Origin: an uncultured virus (IMG/VR IMGVR_UViG_2568526354_000007)
Taxonomy: Duplodnaviria > Heunggongvirae > Uroviricota > Caudoviricetes
Strand: one strand, 5' to 3'
Virus record (IMG/VR): IMGVR_UViG_2568526354_000007
DNA: 64,000 nt
In this document: piece after piece, positions 39,801 to 50,127 of the stretch
How positions within the stretch are numbered: the stretch's first letter is position 1
Layout: each line of letters opens with the position of its first letter
The notes under the pieces: generated by a model
Database searches by the model: none
Seen by the model: only the letters and a program-made list of their open reading frames with translations
Told to the model about the DNA's origin: nothing
Position numbers and translations under genes: made by a program

Positions 39801-41692
39801 TCACCACCATACGCTAATGCATAAAGGTTGGAATCCAGACTACCATCAGCTTTGAGAAATTGTGATGCGGTTCCATTAGGTGTTTTCTGATATAAATCAG
39901 GCAGTGTGATGACCCCGTTAGCCGCTTCATAGAGTGTGCCATTCAACATTATGTTTCCACCACCGCCACTTCCACCGCCACCGATAACGGAAAGTTTGCC
40001 ACCTTCTTTCGACAGAGTGGCCGGGTCATAAGGTAGCAGGTCGAGAAGGGTCGGAGCAGTATAATCGCCCACCGCATTCCAGGTTGTGCTACCTGTGATC
40101 AACAGGTTACCATCCAGTTTCCAGACTTTATGTGTCGGATCGTAATCGAGCAGGCCACCGTTTACCTTCAGACCGCCGGTGAAATTCTTTTCACCGGTAA
40201 TCTCCTGAGCACCGGCAAGGGTGACGAAGGTATTCAAACGATCCTGTAAACCATTGATTTTGCTAATCTCTAAAGTGGGGATATCAGAGGCTATCAACCC
40301 TGATGCGGACGTTGCACGACCATAAGCGTCAACGGTGAGCTTAGTGTATGTACCGGCCTTTATTCCGGAAGGAGAAAGGGACAAGGTACGATCCGCAGAC
40401 AAATCACCACCCCCGGAAAGACCGGTGCCGGTAATAATGCTACGGGTTTTATCCGCTTTGACAGATAGAGCAGTAGCAAGGGTATCCGTTTCGGAGAATC
40501 CGGCCAGGAACGCTTCAAGTTCCTTCCATTTGTTGATTGTCGAGTCGGTATCTGATCCGGTGAGAAAGGTAAGCAGGGTATTGGCTATCTCTGTAACATT
40601 GCGATATCCTTCCGTAGTTGGAAGACCGGTTCCTTTTAGGGCATTAAGGTTCGTATGTACAAAGTTCTCTGTTGCATATCCGGCAAGAGCTGTATCCAGA
40701 TGTGACTTGTCGATCTGTTGAGAACCACTTTTCAAGAGTGCGGTCCACATGGAGGATTCGTCGAAGCTTGAACCGGCACTGCCGATTACTGACAGCCGGC
40801 CACCCTCTTTTGACAGGGTAGCCGGATCATAAGGCAACAGATCAAGAAGGGTCGGAGCTGTGTATGTTCCATTGTCCCAGCCGAAAGTGATATTACCTGA
40901 GATCAGCATATTACCGTTCAGTTTCCAAACTCTTTCGGTCGGATCGTAATCGAGCAGGCCACCGTTCACTTTCAGTCCGCCGGTGAAATCTTTTTCACCG
41001 GTAATCTCCTGGGCACCGGCAAGGGTTACAAAGTTCTCTCTGACGAAGGTCTCCGTAGCGTAGCCGGTAAGAGCGGAGGAAGTGATATAGCCTTTATCTG
41101 TGACAAATTTCTCTGTCGCATATCCGGCAAGAGCACCGGACAAATGTGACTTGTCGATCTGCTGAACACCTTCTTTACTGAGGACGCCCCACATGGCCAA
41201 TTCATCAAAGTCAGAACCGGCATTGATCACAGACAGTCGGCCGCCCTCTTTTGACAGGGTAGTCGGGTCATAAGGGAGCAGATCGAGAAGAGTTGGTGCG
41301 GTGTATGTGCCATTGTCCCAACCGAAAGTAATGTTACCTGAGATCAGCATATTACCGTTCAGTTTCCAAACTCTTTCGGTCGGATCATATTCTATCAGAC
41401 CACCATTTAAAGTTAACTTTTTTAGGAAAGCTTCGCCTTTTTGCGTGATTCTGTAGGGATCATCCCCGCTGCTAAATTCGACACCTCCCAGAAGACGAAG
41501 TAAAAAATTGGTTTCGTCTATCTGCTTTTTACTGATAAAGATATCTTTTAAACCATCAGTAGAAACTTTCTTTAATCCTTCATTCAACCAGTATAGCACT
41601 TCTGCCACATGCCGGTTAGAGACACTGTGCTTGAGTACTGCTTTGTCAATGTAGTCAATGAGTTCATCTATAATTTGTTGCTGATCGGCCAT
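36809..41692 (-). CDS. Long tail fibre with C-terminal S74-like intramolecular chaperone
   Basis: 1627 aa, Gly/Ser/Asn-rich, with three internal repeats, GTGLSGGGDLSADRTL, and a WGSDSRYK autocleavage-like motif followed by a terminal coiled coil. Confidence 0.85.
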   Translation of the reverse strand: MADQQQIIDELIDYIDKAVLKHSVSNRHVAEVLYWLNEGLKKVSTDGLKDIFISKKQIDETNFLLRLLGGVEFSSGDDPYRITQKGEAFLKKLTLNGGLIEYDPTERVWKLNGNMLISGNITFGWDNGTYTAPTLLDLLPYDPTTLSKEGGRLSVINAGSDFDELAMWGVLSKEGVQQIDKSHLSGALAGYATEKFVTDKGYITSSALTGYATETFVRENFVTLAGAQEITGEKDFTGGLKVNGGLLDYDPTERVWKLNGNMLISGNITFGWDNGTYTAPTLLDLLPYDPATLSKEGGRLSVIGSAGSSFDESSMWTALLKSGSQQIDKSHLDTALAGYATENFVHTNLNALKGTGLPTTEGYRNVTEIANTLLTFLTGSDTDSTINKWKELEAFLAGFSETDTLATALSVKADKTRSIITGTGLSGGGDLSADRTLSLSPSGIKAGTYTKLTVDAYGRATSASGLIASDIPTLEISKINGLQDRLNTFVTLAGAQEITGEKNFTGGLKVNGGLLDYDPTHKVWKLDGNLLITGSTTWNAVGDYTAPTLLDLLPYDPATLSKEGGKLSVIGGGGSGGGGNIMLNGTLYEAANGVITLPDLYQKTPNGTASQFLKADGSLDSNLYALAYGGDQNSIQYSSKSNYLRVIDRRNDTILPTSYDNYNISGLFHMSGMPSSNWWSGIHVKGWGEGYATWELVGPSSTDNTNNRLYYRDGKGSSWATDWKGIAFLEDCNKVATPYFEGQNIYSDYGWWVVALCRLSPADSEYNYASGTMFYRRGNGIYPNGSVQFNVIKRYNQTNVNFGVLYNGYGINEGEDAPKPCTFTYNGVKYAGLKWASAASLDSIKTLIYDVSTTGLPFYVKYFNSQSGEVFNTEIKNSIVELGSDISGTGLGTIGTIRILNRKAIDIKGEDWGYIQQASADRMFHVAVAKSTQSGLGGGLGNYEIRCNGTSEEGIFVRYSGSSYGKLGVVNRNGQESSISYYNNNTAVGADKPLWTVGAGIRNAYSFDWWFGTNGYRMTLDSDGKLFINRTNNNEGGPSVSLAIGDSDTGLHWQADGIIEFRSNAKQVGYWGYTNGRLFNCYFREPSGVTYEKASLMINGNGSTISPSIGFHQPGVVGCHLELDNGGNFRFKDSSGYRNVYAGNLIADAGFLYSRYNGIEIKIGSENDSYVHFITKPARSLYFANSLFVNGSVLPYSSSTYSLGDAGHLWNYVYGNHFMGNSASATFILPNYVGGQQANPQTYFNNSMGVKVAMTGVNPDSYWGDTLWINGYGGTDVPDMCALHFSRGGAPLIYISSQKYHATSYGTMYHIWTGYNSNHSSAAWTCSTLNANGRISTTSDIYSAGWVRAGGSNGFYCESYGGGIHMTDSTWVRVYNGKQFYVGSTSSDAIHTAGGINASGRIYAGGHLSTNGGLAVSGIYGGSGASGFNVYAVFQGRSDHGGIEVRASDNTFGIGVHSNDHMYWWWGTSTSTNSSSGKSYIMDYGGGNWSFTGNHYVSGYSTWGSDSRYKTYLGEVTLQLDQIADSPTIYYRWNSKKRDRDGLLHVGGYAQYTEQILPELTHETSNFKTMDYAVCAYVYAVHAARFLRDHLLSDYEWKSDTELRMDALEKENIKLRNRIEQLERRAA

Positions 41693-41693
41693 A

Positions 41694-42824
41694 TCAATTA
41701 AATTGAGGTGTGAACTGTTCGGTATGTATACGGGGATTTCCTATTTCGTCCTCTGAAAGTGATCCGGTGTAGCGAACATCGGAGTCAACGAAATGAAGAG
41801 TCATTTTAATACTTTCCGGTACAGTGGAGCGTATGGCATGGGTGAGGTTGTCGGCTACGGCATTTACCCTGATGTTTCGTCCGGAAAGTCCGAGTATCTT
41901 TATGTCATCGGAAGCAAGCATATCCATTAAATGCACAAGCTCTTCGGTATTGCGATATCCGGATTCGACCTGAAGCTTGTCACGGGCAGACTGTCGCTCG
42001 CGGGCCTCGATATAGTCATCAATGCTTTCATCGTAAATCTGATAAGTGGAGTCGGACTCTATTTCAGACTCGATGTTACCGATACCGGTGACTTCAATGC
42101 GTTCATAGGCTCCATAGGAGTTGAGAAATTCAAGTAAATAACGTTCACGGGATACTGTTCCGGGAGTGATGACAATAGTACAACTTTTGATTGATCCGGA
42201 ATAGATATCGAAAACAGAAGCTAACTTTTGATTAGTTTGAAACAGTTTTTGCCGGAGCCGATATAGGTTAAGGGCTACCGGCTGTCCGGCTGTTCCGGAC
42301 AAAGAGGTTTCAATGCCGGCTGCAACTATTTTTAATGCACCATCCGGATAAAGGAAAGGAATAGGTAGGAGTTCGGTTTCTCGGATGGTGATGATCCGCC
42401 CGTTGGTACGGGTGGTTTTGAAGAAATTGACCGATGAATTGAGCAGCTTCCAAGTGAATATATTGCTATTTTCATCTAACAGACGGCGTAATAGCCGCTT
42501 GCTGATGCCTCCGATAACTGCTTTCAGAGAAAGAGTTTTAGTTTCTCCCTGGGTGTTTTGGACACTAATGGCAATATCTGTAGCTGAAGTAGAATCGAGC
42601 AGTAATATATCAGTGGATTCGTTGAGCAGATGTTTGGGACTGAGAATACCTGAAAGGATATCCTGAAGAAAAACAGAGAACTCACCTTCACCACTTCCGG
42701 AAAAGATGGTGCGGTCGGCCTGACGAATAGTGTAGCTGACTACTGAACTGGAGTTTATAGTCAGCTTGATGGGATTTCCGACTAAAGCGATTGTAGACGG
42801 ATATATGTTTGCTGTTAAACTCAT
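41694..42824 (-). CDS. Tail/baseplate protein
   Basis: 376 aa, beta-rich, with a FLNSYGAYE motif; upstream of the fibre gene. Confidence 0.6.
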   Translation of the reverse strand: MSLTANIYPSTIALVGNPIKLTINSSSVVSYTIRQADRTIFSGSGEGEFSVFLQDILSGILSPKHLLNESTDILLLDSTSATDIAISVQNTQGETKTLSLKAVIGGISKRLLRRLLDENSNIFTWKLLNSSVNFFKTTRTNGRIITIRETELLPIPFLYPDGALKIVAAGIETSLSGTAGQPVALNLYRLRQKLFQTNQKLASVFDIYSGSIKSCTIVITPGTVSRERYLLEFLNSYGAYERIEVTGIGNIESEIESDSTYQIYDESIDDYIEARERQSARDKLQVESGYRNTEELVHLMDMLASDDIKILGLSGRNIRVNAVADNLTHAIRSTVPESIKMTLHFVDSDVRYTGSLSEDEIGNPRIHTEQFTPQFN

Positions 42825-43045
42825 AGTGCATTGTAATTAGTTTGTATAATGGTACCGGACACAGAAGAGGTCGAAGAGCAGTACAATGCCAGGAACTCTT
42901 CCCGTTCCGGAGTGGGGGTGGTGATGAAACGGAAAAATTCATCGGTTGTAGCCCCGGAGGAACTTGTAAATTTCCGGTAAGCGGCAAGCAATGCAGTTAC
43001 ATTGCTTGTCTCAATTGCTGCTGTGATGGTCTTATCGTCATTCAT
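42821..43045 (-). CDS. Small hypothetical protein
   Basis: 74 aa; ATGA-coupled to the next gene; directly behind promoter copy 5. Confidence 0.55.
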   Translation of the reverse strand: MNDDKTITAAIETSNVTALLAAYRKFTSSSGATTDEFFRFITTPTPEREEFLALYCSSTSSVSGTIIQTNYNAL

Positions 43046-43049
43046 GTTG

Positions 43050-43085
43050 CAAATATGATGTTTTGATCATGTGCGGCAAAGGACA
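43050..43085 (-). promoter_or_regulatory. Putative late promoter, copy 5
   Basis: TGTCC-N23-CATATTTG upstream of the fibre operon. Confidence 0.7.
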
Positions 43086-43086
43086 A

Positions 43087-45285
43087 CTAAAGCAGTTCTG
43101 CTTTAACGGAAAGCCCGTAAGTAATGGCATAGTGTACGCCTCCGTATTCTTTATCTTTCCAGATGATATCACCTTGAGATGTCTGCCCATTGGGAACCCG
43201 GACCTTATAGTAAAGGTCGAAACTGTAATTGATTTCTTTGATGAAGAACTCTTTGTTGGCTTCATAATCTTCTTGAGTCGGTACAGTAAACGGTATCTCA
43301 ATATCCGAAACCTGATCACTTACCTCGTTTTTACGTAGCACTCCGAGCCATTGCGCCGGTGGGGTAATAGCCTTCTTCCACTCCTCGACTTGTGCCCGTA
43401 TCTTGAGTTCTACTATGTTTTCACGATTATTGTGAAACGCCCATTTGTAGAGTTGCTCAATCGTTTGTATTCCTTGCTCTGCATCCAAGTCCAAATCAGT
43501 TTCCCCTACAGGGATTAGGAGACGAAGGGTACGAAGACGGATAGTAGCCGGGCGTGAAAGAAGTTTGGGTAATGTATAGCGCACTGTATCAAGGAGTAAT
43601 CGTTGACCATCTATATTGATCGTTTGACTGAAATCAATATTGAGTAATTGAATTGGATTCAAGTGTACGGGAACTTCAACCGTATGATTGGAATGTCGGA
43701 GAATAGCGTCAAATCCCTTCCAAAAACGGGAGAACAGGCCATTATCACCAGTAAAGGTCATGGAGATATCAAATGTGTGTCCGTTGATGGTAATAGCTTC
43801 ACCACCGGGTGTGTAACATCTTGGCGATCCATAGGGGTAGGGAGTGGATGCACGGGGCATGGAAAAGCAAAAGCATAGAGGAGTTTGGGTGTTTTGCTCC
43901 TCTGATAGTTCTACGCTGGCGCTGGAAATATTGGTATATTTGTGTACTTTTCCCAGGAGATAGGCAGGACAAACCGGTTGGTCATCGGGGTAAGAACCTT
44001 TCATCGGCAGGCATTCATCAATAGATGATATCTCCATATAACTGATGTTTGCCCCTTTATCCCAGGGGAAGAAGTCAGAGCTGCGGGCTTCACGAACTCC
44101 GGTCAGATTGTTCCGGACATAATAAAATCCATCCCATAAAGAATAGGTGAGATATCCTTTTGCTGTGTTACTTGACAAGACATGGCCAAAGGTTTTAAGA
44201 AATTTGTCGAGTGAGTCGGCAGTAGGAGTAGCTACTAAATTGGTATAAGGACCGGAGATATTGGTGGATGCGGAAAGTTTGAGTTGCTGTGCAGCGGCAT
44301 AGTTGATAGCAGGCCGGGCCGACTTGAGCAGGGACCAGTTCAGTGAGGCCGGAGTTGAGATGATATCTTTGATAAATTTGAGATTAACGGTTTTATTTTT
44401 ACCATCAACAAAATACACCATACCAAAGCGACAGTAGAGGGCTTGTAGGAACTCGTTAATCGTGCAATCGGGTAGAAGGTCAGAGTAATCAATGAAGCCC
44501 TTGACTATGCTGTCGGCCATGTTGTTCAGAACTACCAGACGGGAGAGTTGACGGTGGGTTGAGAATGGATTTTCAAGGACCGTATAACCGTACCGGACGA
44601 ATATAAAATTGAGTATCCAAGATACTTTTAAAAATGGGCTGATGGCATAACCTTCGGGAACGGAAGTAAGGACGGGTTCGTTATTGATAAGGAATGTTTC
44701 CTGTCTGGCAGCTCCCTGAAGGGAGTAGGTACCATTCTCTAATTTAGTTATCTTGTTGATGTATTCGGGGTAGTAGGTGGTAGTTTCCGTATCGTCCACG
44801 GTCGTTGTATGTGATGGAATGGATACACAAATGGGAAAAATGGAAAGAGCATCGTCTACGATTGTTTCATTCATAATAGAATTGAGCAGGCTGATGACTC
44901 CGGTTGTTCCTCCTTCGGGACGAATAACCGGAGCAGAGAGGGAACGGAGTGAAACAGCATTCCATTCCGAGTAGAGTTCAGACTCGTCAAAACCTATATT
45001 GGATACGATTCCTCCGGATTTGGAGGCCTGTGTGATGTTCATCTTACCTATTCGGTTGTAGACACCATCGGAGACGGTGACACGGGCATCCGGGGCAGGG
45101 GAGTAGGTACTATCCGGACGATGGACATGGGTGATCAGTGAAAGGTTGTTTCGGGAGGCAGGAAGCGTGGCCGGTACGGATTGTGAGCCACGTTCGTTGT
45201 AAATAGGGGAGGTGTCTTCGATCTCGATGCTGAAATCGTTTTGAAGATCGAATATTCCTAATTGATTTTTTATCTTGAGTGACAT
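43087..45285 (-). CDS. Tail tip/baseplate hub-like protein
   Basis: 732 aa immediately after the tape measure gene; LLPDCTINEFLQAL motif. Confidence 0.65.
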   Translation of the reverse strand: MSLKIKNQLGIFDLQNDFSIEIEDTSPIYNERGSQSVPATLPASRNNLSLITHVHRPDSTYSPAPDARVTVSDGVYNRIGKMNITQASKSGGIVSNIGFDESELYSEWNAVSLRSLSAPVIRPEGGTTGVISLLNSIMNETIVDDALSIFPICVSIPSHTTTVDDTETTTYYPEYINKITKLENGTYSLQGAARQETFLINNEPVLTSVPEGYAISPFLKVSWILNFIFVRYGYTVLENPFSTHRQLSRLVVLNNMADSIVKGFIDYSDLLPDCTINEFLQALYCRFGMVYFVDGKNKTVNLKFIKDIISTPASLNWSLLKSARPAINYAAAQQLKLSASTNISGPYTNLVATPTADSLDKFLKTFGHVLSSNTAKGYLTYSLWDGFYYVRNNLTGVREARSSDFFPWDKGANISYMEISSIDECLPMKGSYPDDQPVCPAYLLGKVHKYTNISSASVELSEEQNTQTPLCFCFSMPRASTPYPYGSPRCYTPGGEAITINGHTFDISMTFTGDNGLFSRFWKGFDAILRHSNHTVEVPVHLNPIQLLNIDFSQTINIDGQRLLLDTVRYTLPKLLSRPATIRLRTLRLLIPVGETDLDLDAEQGIQTIEQLYKWAFHNNRENIVELKIRAQVEEWKKAITPPAQWLGVLRKNEVSDQVSDIEIPFTVPTQEDYEANKEFFIKEINYSFDLYYKVRVPNGQTSQGDIIWKDKEYGGVHYAITYGLSVKAELL

Positions 45286-45288
45286 GTG

Positions 45289-48200
45289 TTATTGTTTTTT
45301 ACGGGTGAATGGTTCCTTTGATTTATCTGCTAATTCTTGTGCTTCGTTGAGCTCGCGAAGCACGACGTATGCTTTGAGGTATTTAAGTTTCTCAATCAGT
45401 GCATGTAACTCTTTGATCAGTTGAGCCAAGTTTGCTTCCTTATCAGTCGGTGAAGAAGTTGTCTGAGAGATACGGGAAGTACTGTTACGGATCGGATCGT
45501 AATTGCCTTCAGCACGCTGGGAAACTCGGCCACTGCGAGCATCCTGAATGGCCTGTACGACAATGGGGTAATTAATGTGGTGCTGAAGACGGGAAAGATC
45601 TTCGGCATTGATGATTAATTCTGCTCCGGATTCGGATATCAATGAGGTACGGCGAACGATTCCGGTCGGTGAATCACCTATGTAGGGAACATCCCGATAG
45701 GTCCGGCCATCATCTTCACCAATGACATCGTATCTGCCGGATGCCCATTGCTTGACCTGTACCTGAGCAGTTTTGGTACTGTCGGTATTGTTATCGGTTG
45801 CGGAAGTGGAGGAACTCCCCCCTTTAATCAGTCCTTTGAGCGTTGATTTTGCAGCGGCCAATGCTCCCATGATCAGTCCGGAGAGAACTGCGGCACGGGC
45901 TGCACCGGTTGCTCCAAAGGTTGCAACAGAGTCGGGCATGGCATAGGCTTCGGCAGCGGAACGGGCTACAGCTCCGACAGCTACCCCCGTGGCCTTGGCT
46001 ATTTCAATATCAATCATCTGGCTTAGTACATCGAATAGTATATCGAGCATAGTATCAGCAAAGTTCTGCAGGGCATTTTCTTGACCTGATATCATTTGTC
46101 CGAGGGTATCGCCGATCTGTTCACCGTATTGCCGGTACTGTTGTGCCTGTTCAGTGAGCCTTTGTTTCTCCTTCCTGGCCAGTTCATCTTTTTTCTTTTG
46201 AGCGGCATCTTCAAGTTTCTTCCGCTCTTTTTCTTCATCTTGAAGACATTTTACTTTAAAGTCGAGTAGTTGTTGTTCAATGGTGCGCCGTTGATCAGCG
46301 TCGAGATTAGCAATTTTGAGAACACGTTCCAGGTGCATGATGGTTAGGTGCTCCATTGCTTCATTGTACTCTTTCTCTGTTTTCAGATTTTCATCCTTAC
46401 CGGAAACATAGAGAAGTTTTAAGTCCTTTTGTTGGTTTTCATAAAGTGTCTTTTCTTCAGCGAGCTGTCGGTTCATCTGCTCTTTTTGCTGTTTAATTTT
46501 GATATCGTTGATTCGATTTTGAGCATCAATACCTTCTTTACTTTTTGCACCGGCTATATTAATGACACGTTGCAGATGTTCTAATTCGAGGGTTTCCATC
46601 CGGTCATTAAACTGCTGCTCGGTTTGCAAGGTTTCGTCCTGGCGTTTGAGATAGGCTTCTTTAAGTTCCGACTGGTGTTGAGAGTAGAGCTTGGCTTCTT
46701 CTTCAAGCTTCTTTTTAAGAAGGGCTTTGGCTTTCTCTTCATCAATTATGGGAGTTGTTATTTTGTTATTTGTAGTTTCTTCATTCGCTTTGTTGACCTC
46801 CTCTATGGCTAAAGCTGATTCACCTATCTCTTTGGTTATTTCATCTATTTTCTCAGAAATTGAGGATAAATTTTTTCGCGTTTCATTAAGAGTTTCTAAT
46901 GCTTTTCCTTCTTTTTCTGTACCAAAAAGTCTGGAAATTTTAGCTGTAAGGCTATTCCGATTATATCCTTGTAAGGTATTGGTTTGGCGAATCTTCCAAT
47001 ATTGATCACTTTGGGTTTCTTCATCTTTTTCCAGTGTACGTTTCTGGGCATAAAGATTTTCAAGTTCTTGCTGTGCTGCTTTTAACTTGATTTGCTTTTC
47101 AAGTTGTACCAGATAATTTTTGATTGCGTCTGTATTGTTTTTCGTTAATGTTCCTTCATCGGTTAGTTGGGCATTGTAGTCTGGAATGATTTCTTTTAGA
47201 TCATTTAAAGCCTTTCGACGAACATCAAGCGCAATTCCATTATCATTGATGACAGCAGTCAAAGCACGTATCTTCGATTCTTGTTGAATAAATGATTTAT
47301 TGGTCTCTTCATTTACTTTTTTTATTCCTGATACAGAATCTTTCAATTCATCGTTTTTCTTTTTTAAGTTTATGAGGTAGGCTATAGCTGTGGCCGCGAC
47401 TACGGCTATTATACCATAGGGGTTTGTCATCAGCTCTTTCTTAATGGCTTTTAAAGACTTTGCAATATTATTATTCCAAAATGTAACGACTTTACTGATT
47501 ATTACATCAGAGTTCTTAGCAGCTGTGTAAGCTATAAGGGCAATGGTCAATAACGTAATTGCCCTTTTGTTTTCATTGATGAAGTTTAATAGTTTAATGA
47601 GTTTTCCAGTCCAACTGACAGCACCATTTGCTGCTGATATGAGGGCAGGATTGAGCTTTTCTAATAATTCAATACCAAGTTCCTGCATGCGGTTTTTGGC
47701 TTGCGATAGTTTAGCTGCCGCTGTTTCTGATTTTGTGGCGGCCTGCTCCATGGCTACGGACGTACCGGTGACTGCCTCAGTGTAGTATTTTACCTTATCG
47801 GCTTCATTGATAAGTACGGAGGCCACATTGTATCCTTCTTCTCCAAATTGCTTCTTAATCTGGGCTGCTGAGAGTTGCTTTTTCTGAAGGTTATCCAAAG
47901 CTTTCTCTAAACCAACGATTTTGGGATTTGTATCGTCTGCTCCGGTTTGTAGGGTAAGGAAGAATTTCTTTAAACCGGTACCGGCTATTTCGTCTTTGAT
48001 ACCTTTTTCGGCCAATGTTTCAATAGTACCCACGAGCTGTTCGATAGGAATTTCGGCAGAGGCAGCAGCTACTCCGGATTTGGTAACGGCTGTGGTGACG
48101 GACTCTACGGCTGCCGCTCCATATTTAGAGCCGGCGGCCATGACGTTTGCATAGCGTGAAGCTTGGTCGGCACCATCACCGTATTGATTAAGAGAAAGGG

Positions 48201-49017
48201 TTACGGCATCGACTGCATCCTTCAGGGTCATACCTGATGCAGAAGCTAATATAAGGGTCTGTTTTGTCACCTCGGCCAAAGCTTCTTTGTTGTCAAGAAG
48301 TTCGGGCTTGGCAGAGCCTACCAATTTGTAGGCATCAAGAATTTCCGTTGCGGACTGTCTAATGCGAATGCCGGATTCGGTCATTGTCGTTGACAACTGG
48401 ACAGCTTGCTGTTCCAACCAGTTTATATCGTCCTTGGAAAGTCCGGTAAGAGCTTCAACATCGGCCTTGGCTTCCTCGCGTTTGTTTCGCTGTTCTCGGA
48501 GTTGGTTGAGTTTCATTGAAACTCCGGTGATAGCTGCTATGACAGTACCGATCAGACCAATATATTTGTTAATGAATCCGGAGGCACGTGACCAGATATT
48601 ACCTTGTGCACCTACCTCGACGCGCATGTTGGCCTGTGCTCTGGAAAGGGCTTCAGTGACACGCCGATTCTGCTCAAGAGCAGCAGTATATTGTTTCGTT
48701 CCGGGCACTGCATTACGAAGCTCTTTCCGGACGCGGGACTGGACAGCAAGGAGTTCGTTGTAAGTTGCTCCGGAGAGGCTTTTGAGAACCCGTTCTGTTT
48801 CGGCTAACTGTTTCTCGTAATTCTGAAGAGTTCGGTTTTTTGCATCCAGTTCTTTTTTGAGATCCTGGGAGCGTTTTGCATAATCTACTTCTTTTTCGGT
48901 AAGTGACCTGAGTTTATCTTCAAGATGAGAAATACTTTCTTTTACCAGGTCTATTTTATTAGTGGCTTCTGAGCCATCAATATAAAGTTTAATACTGCGG
49001 TTTAGGTCGTTTGCCAT
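45289..49017 (-). CDS. Phage tail tape measure protein (B)
   Basis: 1242 aa, helical; TP901-type core (ILDAYKLVGSAKPELL...NVMAAGSKYGAA). Confidence 0.9.
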   Translation of the reverse strand: MANDLNRSIKLYIDGSEATNKIDLVKESISHLEDKLRSLTEKEVDYAKRSQDLKKELDAKNRTLQNYEKQLAETERVLKSLSGATYNELLAVQSRVRKELRNAVPGTKQYTAALEQNRRVTEALSRAQANMRVEVGAQGNIWSRASGFINKYIGLIGTVIAAITGVSMKLNQLREQRNKREEAKADVEALTGLSKDDINWLEQQAVQLSTTMTESGIRIRQSATEILDAYKLVGSAKPELLDNKEALAEVTKQTLILASASGMTLKDAVDAVTLSLNQYGDGADQASRYANVMAAGSKYGAAAVESVTTAVTKSGVAAASAEIPIEQLVGTIETLAEKGIKDEIAGTGLKKFFLTLQTGADDTNPKIVGLEKALDNLQKKQLSAAQIKKQFGEEGYNVASVLINEADKVKYYTEAVTGTSVAMEQAATKSETAAAKLSQAKNRMQELGIELLEKLNPALISAANGAVSWTGKLIKLLNFINENKRAITLLTIALIAYTAAKNSDVIISKVVTFWNNNIAKSLKAIKKELMTNPYGIIAVVAATAIAYLINLKKKNDELKDSVSGIKKVNEETNKSFIQQESKIRALTAVINDNGIALDVRRKALNDLKEIIPDYNAQLTDEGTLTKNNTDAIKNYLVQLEKQIKLKAAQQELENLYAQKRTLEKDEETQSDQYWKIRQTNTLQGYNRNSLTAKISRLFGTEKEGKALETLNETRKNLSSISEKIDEITKEIGESALAIEEVNKANEETTNNKITTPIIDEEKAKALLKKKLEEEAKLYSQHQSELKEAYLKRQDETLQTEQQFNDRMETLELEHLQRVINIAGAKSKEGIDAQNRINDIKIKQQKEQMNRQLAEEKTLYENQQKDLKLLYVSGKDENLKTEKEYNEAMEHLTIMHLERVLKIANLDADQRRTIEQQLLDFKVKCLQDEEKERKKLEDAAQKKKDELARKEKQRLTEQAQQYRQYGEQIGDTLGQMISGQENALQNFADTMLDILFDVLSQMIDIEIAKATGVAVGAVARSAAEAYAMPDSVATFGATGAARAAVLSGLIMGALAAAKSTLKGLIKGGSSSTSATDNNTDSTKTAQVQVKQWASGRYDVIGEDDGRTYRDVPYIGDSPTGIVRRTSLISESGAELIINAEDLSRLQHHINYPIVVQAIQDARSGRVSQRAEGNYDPIRNSTSRISQTTSSPTDKEANLAQLIKELHALIEKLKYLKAYVVLRELNEAQELADKSKEPFTRKKQ

Positions 49018-49018
49018 A

Positions 49019-49639
49019 TTAGAGACTGTTTCGTTTATCTATGTATATTCGGGTAGCATCAATCAGCATAGTGTCGAAATAATCGGTGACGATATCAGCT
49101 AATTCATTGATCCGGTTACGAATTACAGGGTCAAACCATTCGTAGGCCCGGCGGTTGCCTTCATTCTGTCGTCCGAGTGATTTGAGATTTGTATGGCGTA
49201 CAATACCAGTATCTATCTCGACTCCATTAATTTTTTTGAGGTAATTCCATTTGGAACCGATGAAGCCACCCTGACCTTCGCCGGCGCCCTTGTGGATGTA
49301 GATTCCATGCCGAGGGAAGGAGAAACCAAGACGGTTGATAATACCGTATTTGTCGGTATAAGCCCGTGGCTCAAGTTCGCGGGCTATTCGCATACTGCGG
49401 CCGGCTATTCCGGCTCGTAATTGTCGGAATACACTATCTTGCCACTTTTCAACGGCCTTGTTATATGCAGTTAGTCTATCAGCATCCTGAGCCATTGAAA
49501 AGCGTTCGGTTTCTGAGACGGTTTCAAGGCGGATCAGTCCGGATGCCGGGGTATTAGTCAACTGTGTGGCTTTTCGGCGGGAGGCGTTATAGCGTTTGAC
49601 TTTAGCACGAGAGGTACTTAATCTTTTATAATATCCCAT
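49019..49639 (-). CDS. Neck/tail-completion-like protein (B)
   Basis: 206 aa, basic, upstream of the tape measure gene. Confidence 0.55.
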   Translation of the reverse strand: MGYYKRLSTSRAKVKRYNASRRKATQLTNTPASGLIRLETVSETERFSMAQDADRLTAYNKAVEKWQDSVFRQLRAGIAGRSMRIARELEPRAYTDKYGIINRLGFSFPRHGIYIHKGAGEGQGGFIGSKWNYLKKINGVEIDTGIVRHTNLKSLGRQNEGNRRAYEWFDPVIRNRINELADIVTDYFDTMLIDATRIYIDKRNSL

Positions 49640-49641
49640 CG

Positions 49642-50127
49642 TTAATCCTCCCAGTATGTTTGGTCAATGAAATAGGTTTCAGGTTGAGCCAAAGAGAATG
49701 TCAGTACTACACCATAGAAATTATCACCAATCGGACCAATACCATTAAATTGAATGGTATCGTCAATGAATTCTGAAATGTCGGGGTCTTGCAGGATACA
49801 GTTCCGAATTTGTTTTGCGACAGCTTTGCATTCTTTTGCTGCCTGGTTGATTGTTTCCGGACGATCAGAAACAGTGTTCTGTGCCACAATGAAAGAGAAC
49901 ATGTCATTGTTATTAAGCGCATCGGATTCGTTTCGTTTTGATTCAGATTCACAACCATCAACTGCAATCAGGATCATGCCGGATACGGATGATAGTTTAT
50001 CATTAAAATTATATAAGTCCTCAAGTCCGAAAGCGGTGAAGAATCTGGGCTTTTCGGGTGTGTGGGCAATAGGCTTTAAGCGAATGGCAAGTGTTTTGCC
50101 ATATTCAAAGTGGTTGTATATCTCCAT
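49642..50127 (-). CDS. Putative tail terminator (B)
   Basis: 161 aa, ends FYGVVLTFS; counterpart of 6433-6876. Confidence 0.55.
   Translation of the reverse strand: MEIYNHFEYGKTLAIRLKPIAHTPEKPRFFTAFGLEDLYNFNDKLSSVSGMILIAVDGCESESKRNESDALNNNDMFSFIVAQNTVSDRPETINQAAKECKAVAKQIRNCILQDPDISEFIDDTIQFNGIGPIGDNFYGVVLTFSLAQPETYFIDQTYWED

Noticed and set aside
34452..41692. Diversity-generating retroelement or invertible shufflon at the tail fibre
   Set aside because: No reverse transcriptase, no adenine-specific TR/VR pair, no inverted cassettes and no invertase seen in the window.
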